From the IMG/VR virus record IMGVR_UViG_3300025769_000090, positions 11,240 to 75,239 of that record: DNA of 64,000 bases. One strand, written 5' to 3'. This DNA comes from a virus. The number at the start of each line of letters is the position of its first letter. The first letter of the stretch is position 1. A program made the position numbers and the translations under genes. Under the pieces are notes generated by a model. It had not been told where the DNA came from and searched no databases. It saw nothing but the letters and a program-made list of their open reading frames with translations. Shown here one piece after another: positions 8,732 to 18,231 of the stretch.

Positions 8732-11700
8732 TGCTATTAGATTTAACAACCATAGAAAATATAAGCCAAGCAGATCTGACAGGGTTACCTTCTAAAACTT
8801 TACTCAGAAGGTTTGGACAGGATAATGATTCAATAGAATTAACTATATATGATATTAATAACAATATTATAATCAGGGATGAACAATTTACAGATTATAT
8901 TCCTTATATAAATCCACAAGATAGTTTAATTGATTCTATTGATATTGATTATGTTCAAGTTCTAAATGATTATGGGCTAGAAAATGGACAATATAAATTA
9001 GTTTTTTCTTTCCAAAGAAAACTTTTAACTAGTGGTTTTGATAGACCATTTATAATCAAGGAAATTTCCCCCTCTAGAACTGAGATTAGATTTAAATCTA
9101 ATAACTTAGATTCTGAATCATTTTCAGCTGTTTTAGAAAATCTTTTAGCAAACTTTACAAATAATTCATTTGTAAAAGATATTAATTTAAGCTTCCCTGA
9201 TGGTGTTACAAGCTTAGCAGTTAATGCCCAAAGAGATGTAGATTCTGGATTAATAAAATTATATGATCCTCTTTTACCTAGTATTGCATTAAATACTCCT
9301 TTTAGAATATATGAGGAGGTAATAAATGCTTTAGAAGCTACTGTTGACTTAGGGACATCTAAAACTGAAAGTGGAGGAGTTGAACTAAGAGCCCCTAATT
9401 TTGATGTAGAATTTAACCAACACTATAGCACTCCCACAGAATTTAGAACATATGATGAGCTATTAAATAATGGGGCTGTTACTTCTAGTTTTAATAACCT
9501 TCAAAATTACCTTAGTGGGAGCATTTCTGTTGATTTAGAATTTGATAATCCTAACACATCAACAGGTTTTCACTTTGAAAACTTTATCCATTTTAGTTCC
9601 GCAACTGAGCGATTAAAAAACTTTAAATATAAGTTAGAACTACTAGAATCATACTCTAGTTCACTAGCTACCCTTGAAAACATCACTGGTGATGCTTCTT
9701 CTTCTAAACCCACTTTAGATAATATTAAAATATTTAATAATAAAACCGATAAAGTTATCCAAGGGTTTGATTATTACGAACGATTCTTATATTTTGAAAA
9801 CAACCTATATGCTTGGCCTAAAACAACTACGGGGAGGTATCCACATATAAATGCTAAAGTTAATTCAGCAGCTGCTCAATCTTGGCTAGGTGCCGGAGTA
9901 GAAGATTCTACTAATCAGTATTATGGAGGGCAGTTACTAAGTGCTAGTAAATTTGATGAAATTAACCCCCATAATTTAGCTACCACTATCCCACCAGATA
10001 TAAGAGCCAATTCTGAAAATGAAGCCTATGTTCTATTTACCCAAATGGTGGGCCAACATTTTGATGGAATTTGGGCTTATATTGACAGTATACCAGATAA
10101 AAACCAAGCATATAGTGGATTAAATGATGGCATTTCTAAAGAATTTGTATTTGAAGCATTAAGAGAAAGAGGAATTAGAGCCTACAGTCAATTTGAAGAT
10201 TCTTCAATATATGAATATTTCTTAGGTGACGATGGTACTGGTACTTTCCAATATGAAGCTACTGATGGTTCAACTATGGTATCAGCTTCTAACGATGGGT
10301 CAATTCCCAAAGGTGACATATCAAAAGAAATTTGGAAACGTTTATATCATAATACCCCTTACCTTTTAAAAACTAAAGGCACTGAGCGTGGATTAAAAGC
10401 ACTAATTGCATGTTATGGTATCCCAGAAACAGTATTACATGTTAAGGAATATGGTGGTCCATTAGTAGATAAAACAGGATTTAGAACATTTAGCTACCAG
10501 AAAGAAAGCCGAATGTTATCCCCTGCTGATGATGATTATGTTATTAGTGATACATTAATTAGTCGCCAGACAAGTCAAACACTACAAACTAGATTTTTAC
10601 CTACTAAAGGATCAACCACAGCATTTGACATTATGTCATTTGCAGGTAATTCTGGTAATACTAATGATATAGTAATTGGTATTTCACAGAGCTTAAATAA
10701 TACTAAATTAGACTCGGGTTCATTTGCTCACTTAGTTATCGCCTCTGGTTCATTAGCTGATCCATCGGCAGGTAGAATTAAAGCCATTTCTAGTAGTTTA
10801 TTAGGACCAATTTTTAATGGTGAAGTGTGGAATTTATCTGTTATATTAAATAGTGGTTCTGATAGAGGTAATACAATAGAAGCTTTTGCAACCAATACTA
10901 CTTTTAATAAAAACACATATATTTTATCTTGTAGTTTAGATACACCCGAATTCTTCGCATCAGGTGCAGGTTACCCTTTTTATATTACTACTGTAGGCTC
11001 TACTAAACCTATAGGGGATAATAGCCAAAATGGAACTTTATTAGCACCCTTTAGTGGTAGTATCCAAGAATTTAGGTCATGGGATGAAAAATTAACTAAA
11101 GATACAATAGTTACTCAATCCTTATCTCCCTTTAACTATAATGGTAATACTATAAGTTCAAGTTTTGAAGCTTTAAGAACTAGGTTATCATTGGGATCTT
11201 GCAATAGAGATTTAAGCCTACTTACAGGTAGTAAAAACCAAGCCCCAAATAAAACATTTACAGATATTTCTAATAACCTTGCGCAAGTCCCGTCCACAGT
11301 AACCCTAACTACGATTGAAGAAACCCACCACCTAACTACACCAGATACTGTAGGTTCAGGAATGGTTTCAGATAAAATTAGAATTGATAACGGTACATTT
11401 AACGATAATTTCTTAGACCCATTTATTTCTACTGAAACATCACCTCAAGACAGACAACCACTTGATTATTCAGATGTAGGTGTATTTTTCTCACCAACTT
11501 TTGAAGTTAACGAAGATATAATTTACACATTAGGTGGATTTAGATTAGACGACTACATTGGAGACCCAACACATTATACCTCAGGTAGCTATCCTGATTT
11601 GAAAGACATTAGAGACGTTTATACTCAAAAATTAGATAAAAAATTAGGTATAGGTGATTATATAAGAACAATCCAATTCTTTGATCATTCATTATTTAAA

Positions 11701-11988
11701 ATGATTAAAGATTTTGTCCCAGCAAGCGCTAACCTTAAAACAGGAGTGGTTATTGAGCCACACTACTTGGAGAGGATGAAAATTGCTGGTACAAACGTTG
11801 ATTACGAACAACTTACAGAACACTTAGTTGCTCCTACAGGAATGACAGGTTCATTAAGTTCTACAAGTGAAAATGTTCACGATGTACTTATTGATGTAGA
11901 TAACTTTATTCTTAAAGATGTTCAATCAAGTGCTGTTGAAAACGTAGCACAAACCGGAAGAAAAAGTAGAATTTTTAGTTTAGCATAA
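8731..11988 (+). CDS. Large baseplate wedge protein (gp7-like)
   Basis: YLLKTKGTERGLKALIACYGIP and IKDFVPA motifs typical of gp7/gpI-type wedge proteins. Confidence 0.65.
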   Translation: MLLDLTTIENISQADLTGLPSKTLLRRFGQDNDSIELTIYDINNNIIIRDEQFTDYIPYINPQDSLIDSIDIDYVQVLNDYGLENGQYKLVFSFQRKLLTSGFDRPFIIKEISPSRTEIRFKSNNLDSESFSAVLENLLANFTNNSFVKDINLSFPDGVTSLAVNAQRDVDSGLIKLYDPLLPSIALNTPFRIYEEVINALEATVDLGTSKTESGGVELRAPNFDVEFNQHYSTPTEFRTYDELLNNGAVTSSFNNLQNYLSGSISVDLEFDNPNTSTGFHFENFIHFSSATERLKNFKYKLELLESYSSSLATLENITGDASSSKPTLDNIKIFNNKTDKVIQGFDYYERFLYFENNLYAWPKTTTGRYPHINAKVNSAAAQSWLGAGVEDSTNQYYGGQLLSASKFDEINPHNLATTIPPDIRANSENEAYVLFTQMVGQHFDGIWAYIDSIPDKNQAYSGLNDGISKEFVFEALRERGIRAYSQFEDSSIYEYFLGDDGTGTFQYEATDGSTMVSASNDGSIPKGDISKEIWKRLYHNTPYLLKTKGTERGLKALIACYGIPETVLHVKEYGGPLVDKTGFRTFSYQKESRMLSPADDDYVISDTLISRQTSQTLQTRFLPTKGSTTAFDIMSFAGNSGNTNDIVIGISQSLNNTKLDSGSFAHLVIASGSLADPSAGRIKAISSSLLGPIFNGEVWNLSVILNSGSDRGNTIEAFATNTTFNKNTYILSCSLDTPEFFASGAGYPFYITTVGSTKPIGDNSQNGTLLAPFSGSIQEFRSWDEKLTKDTIVTQSLSPFNYNGNTISSSFEALRTRLSLGSCNRDLSLLTGSKNQAPNKTFTDISNNLAQVPSTVTLTTIEETHHLTTPDTVGSGMVSDKIRIDNGTFNDNFLDPFISTETSPQDRQPLDYSDVGVFFSPTFEVNEDIIYTLGGFRLDDYIGDPTHYTSGSYPDLKDIRDVYTQKLDKKLGIGDYIRTIQFFDHSLFKMIKDFVPASANLKTGVVIEPHYLERMKIAGTNVDYEQLTEHLVAPTGMTGSLSSTSENVHDVLIDVDNFILKDVQSSAVENVAQTGRKSRIFSLA

Positions 11989-13274
11989 TGGCAAATAATC
12001 CTATATCACAATCAAATCAAGTTGAATTCAACGATTCAGTTTTAACAACTAAGGCTTGGAATTCATCTCGTTACGACGGTAGACAATTATCAGCAGCTAA
12101 AATTAATAGATTTACTGTTGGAGATTCTACTTACGGTAAAACACCAGTTATCCAAAATTATAGTAGAAATATTTATATAGGGAACGATATAGTAGGTATG
12201 AGTTCAATTACTGGTGAGGCTGAAGATAATTCACTCCTTCAATTTGATAATTTTTCTTATGCGCAAACTAACACCTACATTACTGTAAATGAAGATGATA
12301 GCATTACCTTTAATACATTAAATGAACCAATCGAAGACGATTATAGTGAAATAATAGGTTTTTACCAAGCATTTTATGATGATTTTAAACAAGGTACCTA
12401 CTGTAAAATCATTATAAATGATTTAAGCCAAAAAAATAATCTTAGACCATCATATCCTATATGGTTTAATGGGGGACAATTCCAAAAACTACTCAAATTA
12501 ACCCCAGGTAATAGCTCCCATTTAAAATTCACGAAAACGAATAATGCCCTTGATTATGATCATGGCCCAAATGAGACTACAGGATTTTTAAGTACTATGT
12601 ATGATGAAACTTTACTAAATGAGTTCTATACAGGATCATTAGTAGGTGAAATTTCTTTCCAACCCCCAAGAGATGGTGATGATGGTGTTTTCCCCATTTC
12701 CTCAGAAACAGGTATATTAGCAGAAAATATAGGAAATTTAATTGATTCAGCTATAAGTTATAAAAATAATTCAAGTTATAAAGGTGATAAAAGATTTTTT
12801 GCGTCATTTCTTATTTCGGGTAGTGAGGCTCCTATAAGAACCATAACAACAGGTAGTGTTGTTTCTATGCAGCAAACCTTTAGATCAAACAACCTAGCAG
12901 AGCTATCTACGGCTGAATTTCAGTCACACAGCATAAGCACCCATGTAATCAATTTTACAGAAAACACTAAACTTCACCAAGATTATATTTCAATTAACCA
13001 AACTAGTGATCCTATGACTCCTCCTCTTCATGGATCAGGAAGTGTTATATTTTCTCAAGTAAACGATACTACCCCTTCATTATTAATAGAACTTAATAAA
13101 TCCAGTGAATTACCTGAGGGAACAGGTAATAAACCTTTTATTATATTACCTCATAATATACATCCTTTTATTAAAGATAACCTTTTATACTTCCTCACCC
13201 AGGCTGGTATTGATGTAGGAGGAAACACATCTACTGTACTAAAAATTAACCCTAGCAACAGACTCCTTAAATAA
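11988..13274 (+). CDS. Putative baseplate structural protein
   Basis: Coupled to the previous gene; composition and context. Confidence 0.6.
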   Translation: MANNPISQSNQVEFNDSVLTTKAWNSSRYDGRQLSAAKINRFTVGDSTYGKTPVIQNYSRNIYIGNDIVGMSSITGEAEDNSLLQFDNFSYAQTNTYITVNEDDSITFNTLNEPIEDDYSEIIGFYQAFYDDFKQGTYCKIIINDLSQKNNLRPSYPIWFNGGQFQKLLKLTPGNSSHLKFTKTNNALDYDHGPNETTGFLSTMYDETLLNEFYTGSLVGEISFQPPRDGDDGVFPISSETGILAENIGNLIDSAISYKNNSSYKGDKRFFASFLISGSEAPIRTITTGSVVSMQQTFRSNNLAELSTAEFQSHSISTHVINFTENTKLHQDYISINQTSDPMTPPLHGSGSVIFSQVNDTTPSLLIELNKSSELPEGTGNKPFIILPHNIHPFIKDNLLYFLTQAGIDVGGNTSTVLKINPSNRLLK

Positions 13275-13278
13275 TATA

Positions 13279-13285
13279 TATTTAT
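13279..13285 (+). promoter_or_regulatory. Putative late promoter TATTTAT
   Basis: Intergenic, upstream of ATG 13304. Confidence 0.55.
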
Positions 13286-13303
13286 AAACAAAACCAAATT
13301 TAA

Positions 13304-13984
13304 ATGGGATATTTAGATAATTCAAGCGTTATTGTAGACGCTATATTAACCAAAAAAGGCCGCGAACTTTTATCACAACAAAACGGGTCTTTTAATATTA
13401 CTCAGTTTGCTTTAGCAGACGATGAGATTGATTATACGTTATATAACGAAAATCACCCAAATGGATCTGCTTTTTATGGTGAGGCTATTGAAGCATTGCC
13501 ACTAATTGAAGCAATTCCTAATGAAAATAATACTATGGTATCTAAACTAGCTACTCTTAATAGAGGGTCTACAATTATACCAACTATTCAAGTGCAATCT
13601 ACAGCTATTTCAATTACTAGAACTGGTGGAGGAGCTAATAATACATTTACCATTACACCTAGTACTAATGGGTTAACTGATACTGTTGAATCAGGTTACT
13701 CTTTCACAGTAGCTGATAGAAGAATCCTTTTCTCAGGTACAGGTGTTGGTGGTCCTGATCCAACCACTTTTGAGGTCCCATTCACAGGAACAGCTTTATC
13801 CCAGACATTTGTGGGAACATCATTCACTGGTACTGCTTTAAAGGGCGCTACATTATTTGGTAGTAACACAGCTTTAACCACTTCTATTATAGTTGTAGGA
13901 CTTGACACTGGTGCTAGAACAACCATCACCCTTACAGTAACCAAAGAATCATCAGGTGGCACAACAGCAGCCCGCAATCTATAA
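13304..13984 (+). CDS. Baseplate/tail-fibre attachment protein
   Basis: AILTKKGRELL...FNITQFALADDEIDY resembles the N-terminus of collar/fibre-attachment domains. Confidence 0.6.
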   Translation: MGYLDNSSVIVDAILTKKGRELLSQQNGSFNITQFALADDEIDYTLYNENHPNGSAFYGEAIEALPLIEAIPNENNTMVSKLATLNRGSTIIPTIQVQSTAISITRTGGGANNTFTITPSTNGLTDTVESGYSFTVADRRILFSGTGVGGPDPTTFEVPFTGTALSQTFVGTSFTGTALKGATLFGSNTALTTSIIVVGLDTGARTTITLTVTKESSGGTTAARNL

Positions 13985-13999
13985 TTAATTTAAATTAAC

Positions 14000-15088
14000 A
14001 TGGCAACTTATACACAATTTGACGAAAATTTTGACGTTGTAAACGACATATCTAGAGTATTTTCTAACGCTTGGTCTGGTATTACTCCCAATAATGATTT
14101 AGGAGCTAATCATTTTTCTTCTAGCACTCAATACGTAACTGATAATCCTACAGCTAGTGGTGCGTTCTTTATGGAAGTATATAGTACAGATCCAGACGCT
14201 AATCCAACTACGGCAGAAGTACAATATTCTATAGCTTATGGCAGCAGAACGGGAAAAGGAGGATTACAATTTAATGATGGTGTAGGTGCTGAAAATTTTA
14301 CTTCTACTAAAGCTATTTATAGTCAGTATAGAAACCTAGTATTTGGTGGAGATGAAACACAAAATTTTTCATTTAACGGCTACGTTCCTGATGATATTTA
14401 TGTTATTAATGTAAATAGGGCTAGATATAAAAACGCCCTTAGATTAGGTAATTTGAATCTTGTTATTTCAGGTGCCACATCAAACCAGCCCCTACATCTT
14501 ACAGATGATTCAGTTACAACATCTGGATCAGCAAATGCTAATAGAGCAGGTGTAGGAAGAGAATTTAATTTAGTATCAGGTTCTAATGGAATAAGATTAG
14601 GTTCAAGTAACACATATGTAACTGATAGTGGTTCATATGGATTTGTATACCCAGATGCTGGATTTATTATTTTAAATGCGGATGCTTTAGACCATAGTGG
14701 CTCCGCAGCCGCATTTGCAGCTGGGGGTGGTGGAACTAACCTAGGTACAGTTGTTACTTCAGACAACGAAGCAAAGAATCCTATTTTGTTACAAGAAGCT
14801 TTAAAACTAGGAGGTAGCTTTATATTAGATTCTCAAGAAGATATATCTAGTAAATTTTATTTCTGCAGAGCTCGAAATTCAGAATTTAACTATTCTACTA
14901 ATGACTCATTTACTGAAGCCGATGGGACTATAAAATATGATTCTATGATTGATAATCCACAAGTTTATATTACTACTGTGGGATTATACAATGATAATCA
15001 AGATTTATTAGCAGTTGCTAAATTAAGCCAACCTCTTCCGAAAGATTTTACTAAAGAAGCCCTTATTAAGGTTAAACTAGACTATTAA
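14000..15088 (+). CDS. Baseplate/tail-fibre attachment structural protein
   Basis: C-terminal YITTVGLYNDNQDLLAVAKLSQPLPK motif. Confidence 0.62.
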   Translation: MATYTQFDENFDVVNDISRVFSNAWSGITPNNDLGANHFSSSTQYVTDNPTASGAFFMEVYSTDPDANPTTAEVQYSIAYGSRTGKGGLQFNDGVGAENFTSTKAIYSQYRNLVFGGDETQNFSFNGYVPDDIYVINVNRARYKNALRLGNLNLVISGATSNQPLHLTDDSVTTSGSANANRAGVGREFNLVSGSNGIRLGSSNTYVTDSGSYGFVYPDAGFIILNADALDHSGSAAAFAAGGGGTNLGTVVTSDNEAKNPILLQEALKLGGSFILDSQEDISSKFYFCRARNSEFNYSTNDSFTEADGTIKYDSMIDNPQVYITTVGLYNDNQDLLAVAKLSQPLPKDFTKEALIKVKLDY

Positions 15089-16836
15089 TGGCTGGTATAT
15101 TTAAAAAATTCAGTGCGAACGACATAAAAATAACACCTTTTGAAGCCCATAAGCAGTATAATACTACTAATTTGGCTTCAATTGGTGCTAGTACTGAGTC
15201 TTTAGCTTGGAGTGGGGCTAGTAAAAACACATTTTCTACAGGAAGCAGACTTTACTATCAAGTAGATAAGCTTTATTATAGAAATTATATTAATGAAAGG
15301 GCACATAGATTAGAAATAGATAGTGCTAATTATAAAGTTCAAGAAAGAAGATTATATCAAAGTGCTAGTTTACTTTCATTAAGCCAAAAGACATTTGGCT
15401 CTCAAATTCAGCCAGGAACATTTGAACTCTCAGGATCTAAAGGATCAACCCAATTTAATCTTAAAGATGATGGGTATGGGAATTTATATGACATAAATTT
15501 AGGAAAAGATAATTTTCCCGATGAAAAACATAGAGTATTTTACTTAGCTCCAATTAAAGGTTTTAAACGTTCTGATTTAACTTTAAATTATGAAACAGGA
15601 AATACTTATATAAATACTCCTTTTTCAGGAGGTTATTCTGGTACGATTTTAGATGATTCATATTTCCAAAATAAAGTTACATTTTTTAATAATGCATTTG
15701 TAAAATCAGGACAGTCTACAACTGGTTTATTTAATACTCCCTATATAACACAAAATGCTAAAACTGATTCTAGAATTACTATTAAAAATGCTCCTTATTT
15801 AAACTTTAATGAAGATGATTTTGCTATAAGTTTTTATTTCATCCCCGGATCCGATATGCCAATAGCTTTATCTTCAACCCCACGATATATTTTAACTAAA
15901 GAAGGAGCTCAAGATTCTTTCCCCTTAGGATCAGAAGCAGGAGGAAATTATTCAACAAGCACATCTGGAGCATTAGATATTACTACTACACCCGCAGCTA
16001 ATAGATTCCCATACAGATTAACTTTATCAGGAAGTAATGTTGGGGTTCCTACTAATAATTTTGCCGCAACTGGTTCTTTAGTATTTGAAAGGTTTGATGG
16101 AGATATAAAATCTTCTGTAGCTGGGGTTGTATTTTTAAGCGCGAGTTCAAATGTAAATGTACCCATCCATGTACTTGTTCAAAAATCTGGTGATAATTTA
16201 GTGATATATAAAAATGGAACCCAAGTTGCAACCAGTTCAGATTTAACAACAGGGACATGTCAAAATAATAGCGATATAACTATATTTAAAAAGCAAAATC
16301 CCGATGGAACATATAGTAGTATTTCTTCCTCGGCTACAGCTGAAGCAGCTTGGGCTGGGCAATTATCAGAACAGGGAGACGGATTTGCCATTCAACAATT
16401 ACAAATGTGGGATAAAGCTTTAACAGAAACAGAAATTCAAATGGTTTCAGAATCATTTACGGGCACTTATCCTGTAGGTAATTTATTTTATGATAATGGA
16501 TTTACTATTATTACTCACCCTAAATATATGGATGTATTTAATGGAGGTGAGTTAAATACTTTAAAATACAAAAATACCCATTTAATTACTGAAAATGAAT
16601 ATCAGTGTAATGTAAAAGAGGAAGAATTCGAATTTACTACTAATAAAACAGCATTAAAAGTTTCTCCTAATAATGAAGTAGCAGATTTCACAACAGGATC
16701 AGCTTTTAAACCGTACGTAACTACAGTTGGTTTATATAATGACAATGGAGAATTATTAGTAGTAGGAAAATTAGGACAACCAATTAGAAAAAGTAGTGAA
16801 ACAGAAACTACATTCGTTATAAGATTTGATACATGA
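15088..16836 (+). CDS. Structural protein with inserted LamG/ConA-like domain; paralog of 14000-15088
   Basis: C-terminal YVTTVGLYNDNGELLVVGKLGQPIRK; internal DFAISFY...HVLV...IYKNG...IQQLQMWDKALTETEI LamG pattern. Confidence 0.65.
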   Translation: MAGIFKKFSANDIKITPFEAHKQYNTTNLASIGASTESLAWSGASKNTFSTGSRLYYQVDKLYYRNYINERAHRLEIDSANYKVQERRLYQSASLLSLSQKTFGSQIQPGTFELSGSKGSTQFNLKDDGYGNLYDINLGKDNFPDEKHRVFYLAPIKGFKRSDLTLNYETGNTYINTPFSGGYSGTILDDSYFQNKVTFFNNAFVKSGQSTTGLFNTPYITQNAKTDSRITIKNAPYLNFNEDDFAISFYFIPGSDMPIALSSTPRYILTKEGAQDSFPLGSEAGGNYSTSTSGALDITTTPAANRFPYRLTLSGSNVGVPTNNFAATGSLVFERFDGDIKSSVAGVVFLSASSNVNVPIHVLVQKSGDNLVIYKNGTQVATSSDLTTGTCQNNSDITIFKKQNPDGTYSSISSSATAEAAWAGQLSEQGDGFAIQQLQMWDKALTETEIQMVSESFTGTYPVGNLFYDNGFTIITHPKYMDVFNGGELNTLKYKNTHLITENEYQCNVKEEEFEFTTNKTALKVSPNNEVADFTTGSAFKPYVTTVGLYNDNGELLVVGKLGQPIRKSSETETTFVIRFDT

Positions 16837-17258
16837 TAATACCAGAAAGTTATGAACAATTCCCAGAAGGCACATATGGATACGTTTACCAAACAACCCA
16901 CTTACCTACTGGAAAGAAATATATTGGCAAAAAATCGTTAATATATAATCAAAAGAAAAAAATTGGTAAACGTGAATTAGCACTGTGGGAAGGTAAAGGA
17001 AGACCACCAGTTTACAAGCAAGTTCAAAAAGAAAGCGATTGGAAAACCTATTATGGTTCTCATCAATTTATTAAAGATGAAATCAAAAGTGGTAATCAAG
17101 CTGATTTTAAGAGACATATCTTACAATTAGCTTATTCTAAAAAAGAATTAACTTATTTAGAAAATAAAGCATTATTTACTTTAGGTGTTTTAGAAACCGA
17201 AGATTACTTAAACGACAATATTGAAGGAAGATATTTCAAGAAAGATTTTGGCTTTTGA
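16833..17258 (+). CDS. GIY-YIG family nuclease
   Basis: GYVYQTTHLPTGKKYIGKK...ESDWKTYYGS...LE...YLN. Confidence 0.8.
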   Translation: MIIPESYEQFPEGTYGYVYQTTHLPTGKKYIGKKSLIYNQKKKIGKRELALWEGKGRPPVYKQVQKESDWKTYYGSHQFIKDEIKSGNQADFKRHILQLAYSKKELTYLENKALFTLGVLETEDYLNDNIEGRYFKKDFGF

Positions 17259-17277
17259 CCTTTCGTTCATATATTTA
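17247..17277 (+). promoter_or_regulatory. Bacteroidota-type host sigma promoter for the primase gene
   Basis: TTTG (17247-17250), 19-nt spacer, TATATTTA (17270-17277); close to the -33/-7 consensus TTTG...TAnnTTTG. Confidence 0.55.
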
Positions 17278-17281
17278 AGGC

Positions 17282-18202
17282 ATGAAGGAGGATCGCCTTA
17301 TTTTTTTACTCGAAAGTCTTCTAGGAAAAAGCAAAAACGCACGCGGAGGCGATGAAGCTGTATTTAGTTGCCCAAATTGCAACCACCATAAGAAAAAATT
17401 AACATTTAACAAATACACACAAAAATTCCAATGTTGGGTGTGTGGCTTTAAGGGTGCTAGAGCAATACAACTTCTTAAATTTATTAAAGCTCCTTACAAC
17501 TCTTTCCAAGAGTTAAAAGATATTGATGCTCAATATAAGTTTAAATCTACTCATGTAGAAAAACCTAAAGATCAACTTCAATTACCTGAGGGATTTACCC
17601 CACTACTTAAAGGTAGAGGGTTAATCCGAGATAAAGCATGGAGTTATCTACAATCCCGCGGAGTTACTGCACAAGACGTAGTAAAATACAACATTGGATA
17701 TATTGAAGAAGGCAAATTAGCCAACTTTATAATCATACCAAGTTATGACAGACACGGATCCCTTAATTATTGGGTGGGTCGCTCGTTCGATCCGCAAGCT
17801 TACCACAAGCACAAGCTTCCGCCAACATCAAAAGATATTATTGGCTTTGACATGCTTTGTAACTTTAATATTCCTATTATCATTTGCGAAGGTGCCTTTG
17901 ACGCAATCGCAATCAAACGAAACGCCGTGCCCTTGTTTGGAAAACGAATCAGTAAATCACTCTACAAAGAACTTGTAAGAGGTAATGTAAAACAAATATA
18001 CCTTGCACTTGATCAGGATGCTATAAATGATTCACTTAAATATGCTAAGGAACTTATGGCATATGGTAAGGAAATATTTTTATTAGAACTTGAAGGTAAA
18101 GACCCAAGCGACTTAGGTTTTGACGCTATGACTCGCATATTGCAGAATGCAAAACCACTAACTTTCCAAGGATTAGTAGAAAAGAAAATCTTGTATCAAT
18201 AA
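17282..18202 (+). CDS. DNA primase (zinc finger + Toprim)
   Basis: CPNCNHH...CWVC zinc finger; ICEGAFDA and LALDQDA Toprim motifs; KDP. Confidence 0.9.
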   Translation: MKEDRLIFLLESLLGKSKNARGGDEAVFSCPNCNHHKKKLTFNKYTQKFQCWVCGFKGARAIQLLKFIKAPYNSFQELKDIDAQYKFKSTHVEKPKDQLQLPEGFTPLLKGRGLIRDKAWSYLQSRGVTAQDVVKYNIGYIEEGKLANFIIIPSYDRHGSLNYWVGRSFDPQAYHKHKLPPTSKDIIGFDMLCNFNIPIIICEGAFDAIAIKRNAVPLFGKRISKSLYKELVRGNVKQIYLALDQDAINDSLKYAKELMAYGKEIFLLELEGKDPSDLGFDAMTRILQNAKPLTFQGLVEKKILYQ

Positions 18203-18231
18203 GCTATATGTATTGACAAACTGCAGTTTAT

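Noticed and set aside
16833-17258. Second mobile homing endonuclease
   Set aside because: Compact catalytic domain only, with no NUMOD DNA-binding repeats or duplicated flanks; more likely a resident nuclease, though mobility cannot be excluded.
17745-17978. Same-strand nested ORFs (also 31480-31722 and 46091-46285)
   Set aside because: Short alternative frames inside conserved genes, with no recognisable features.
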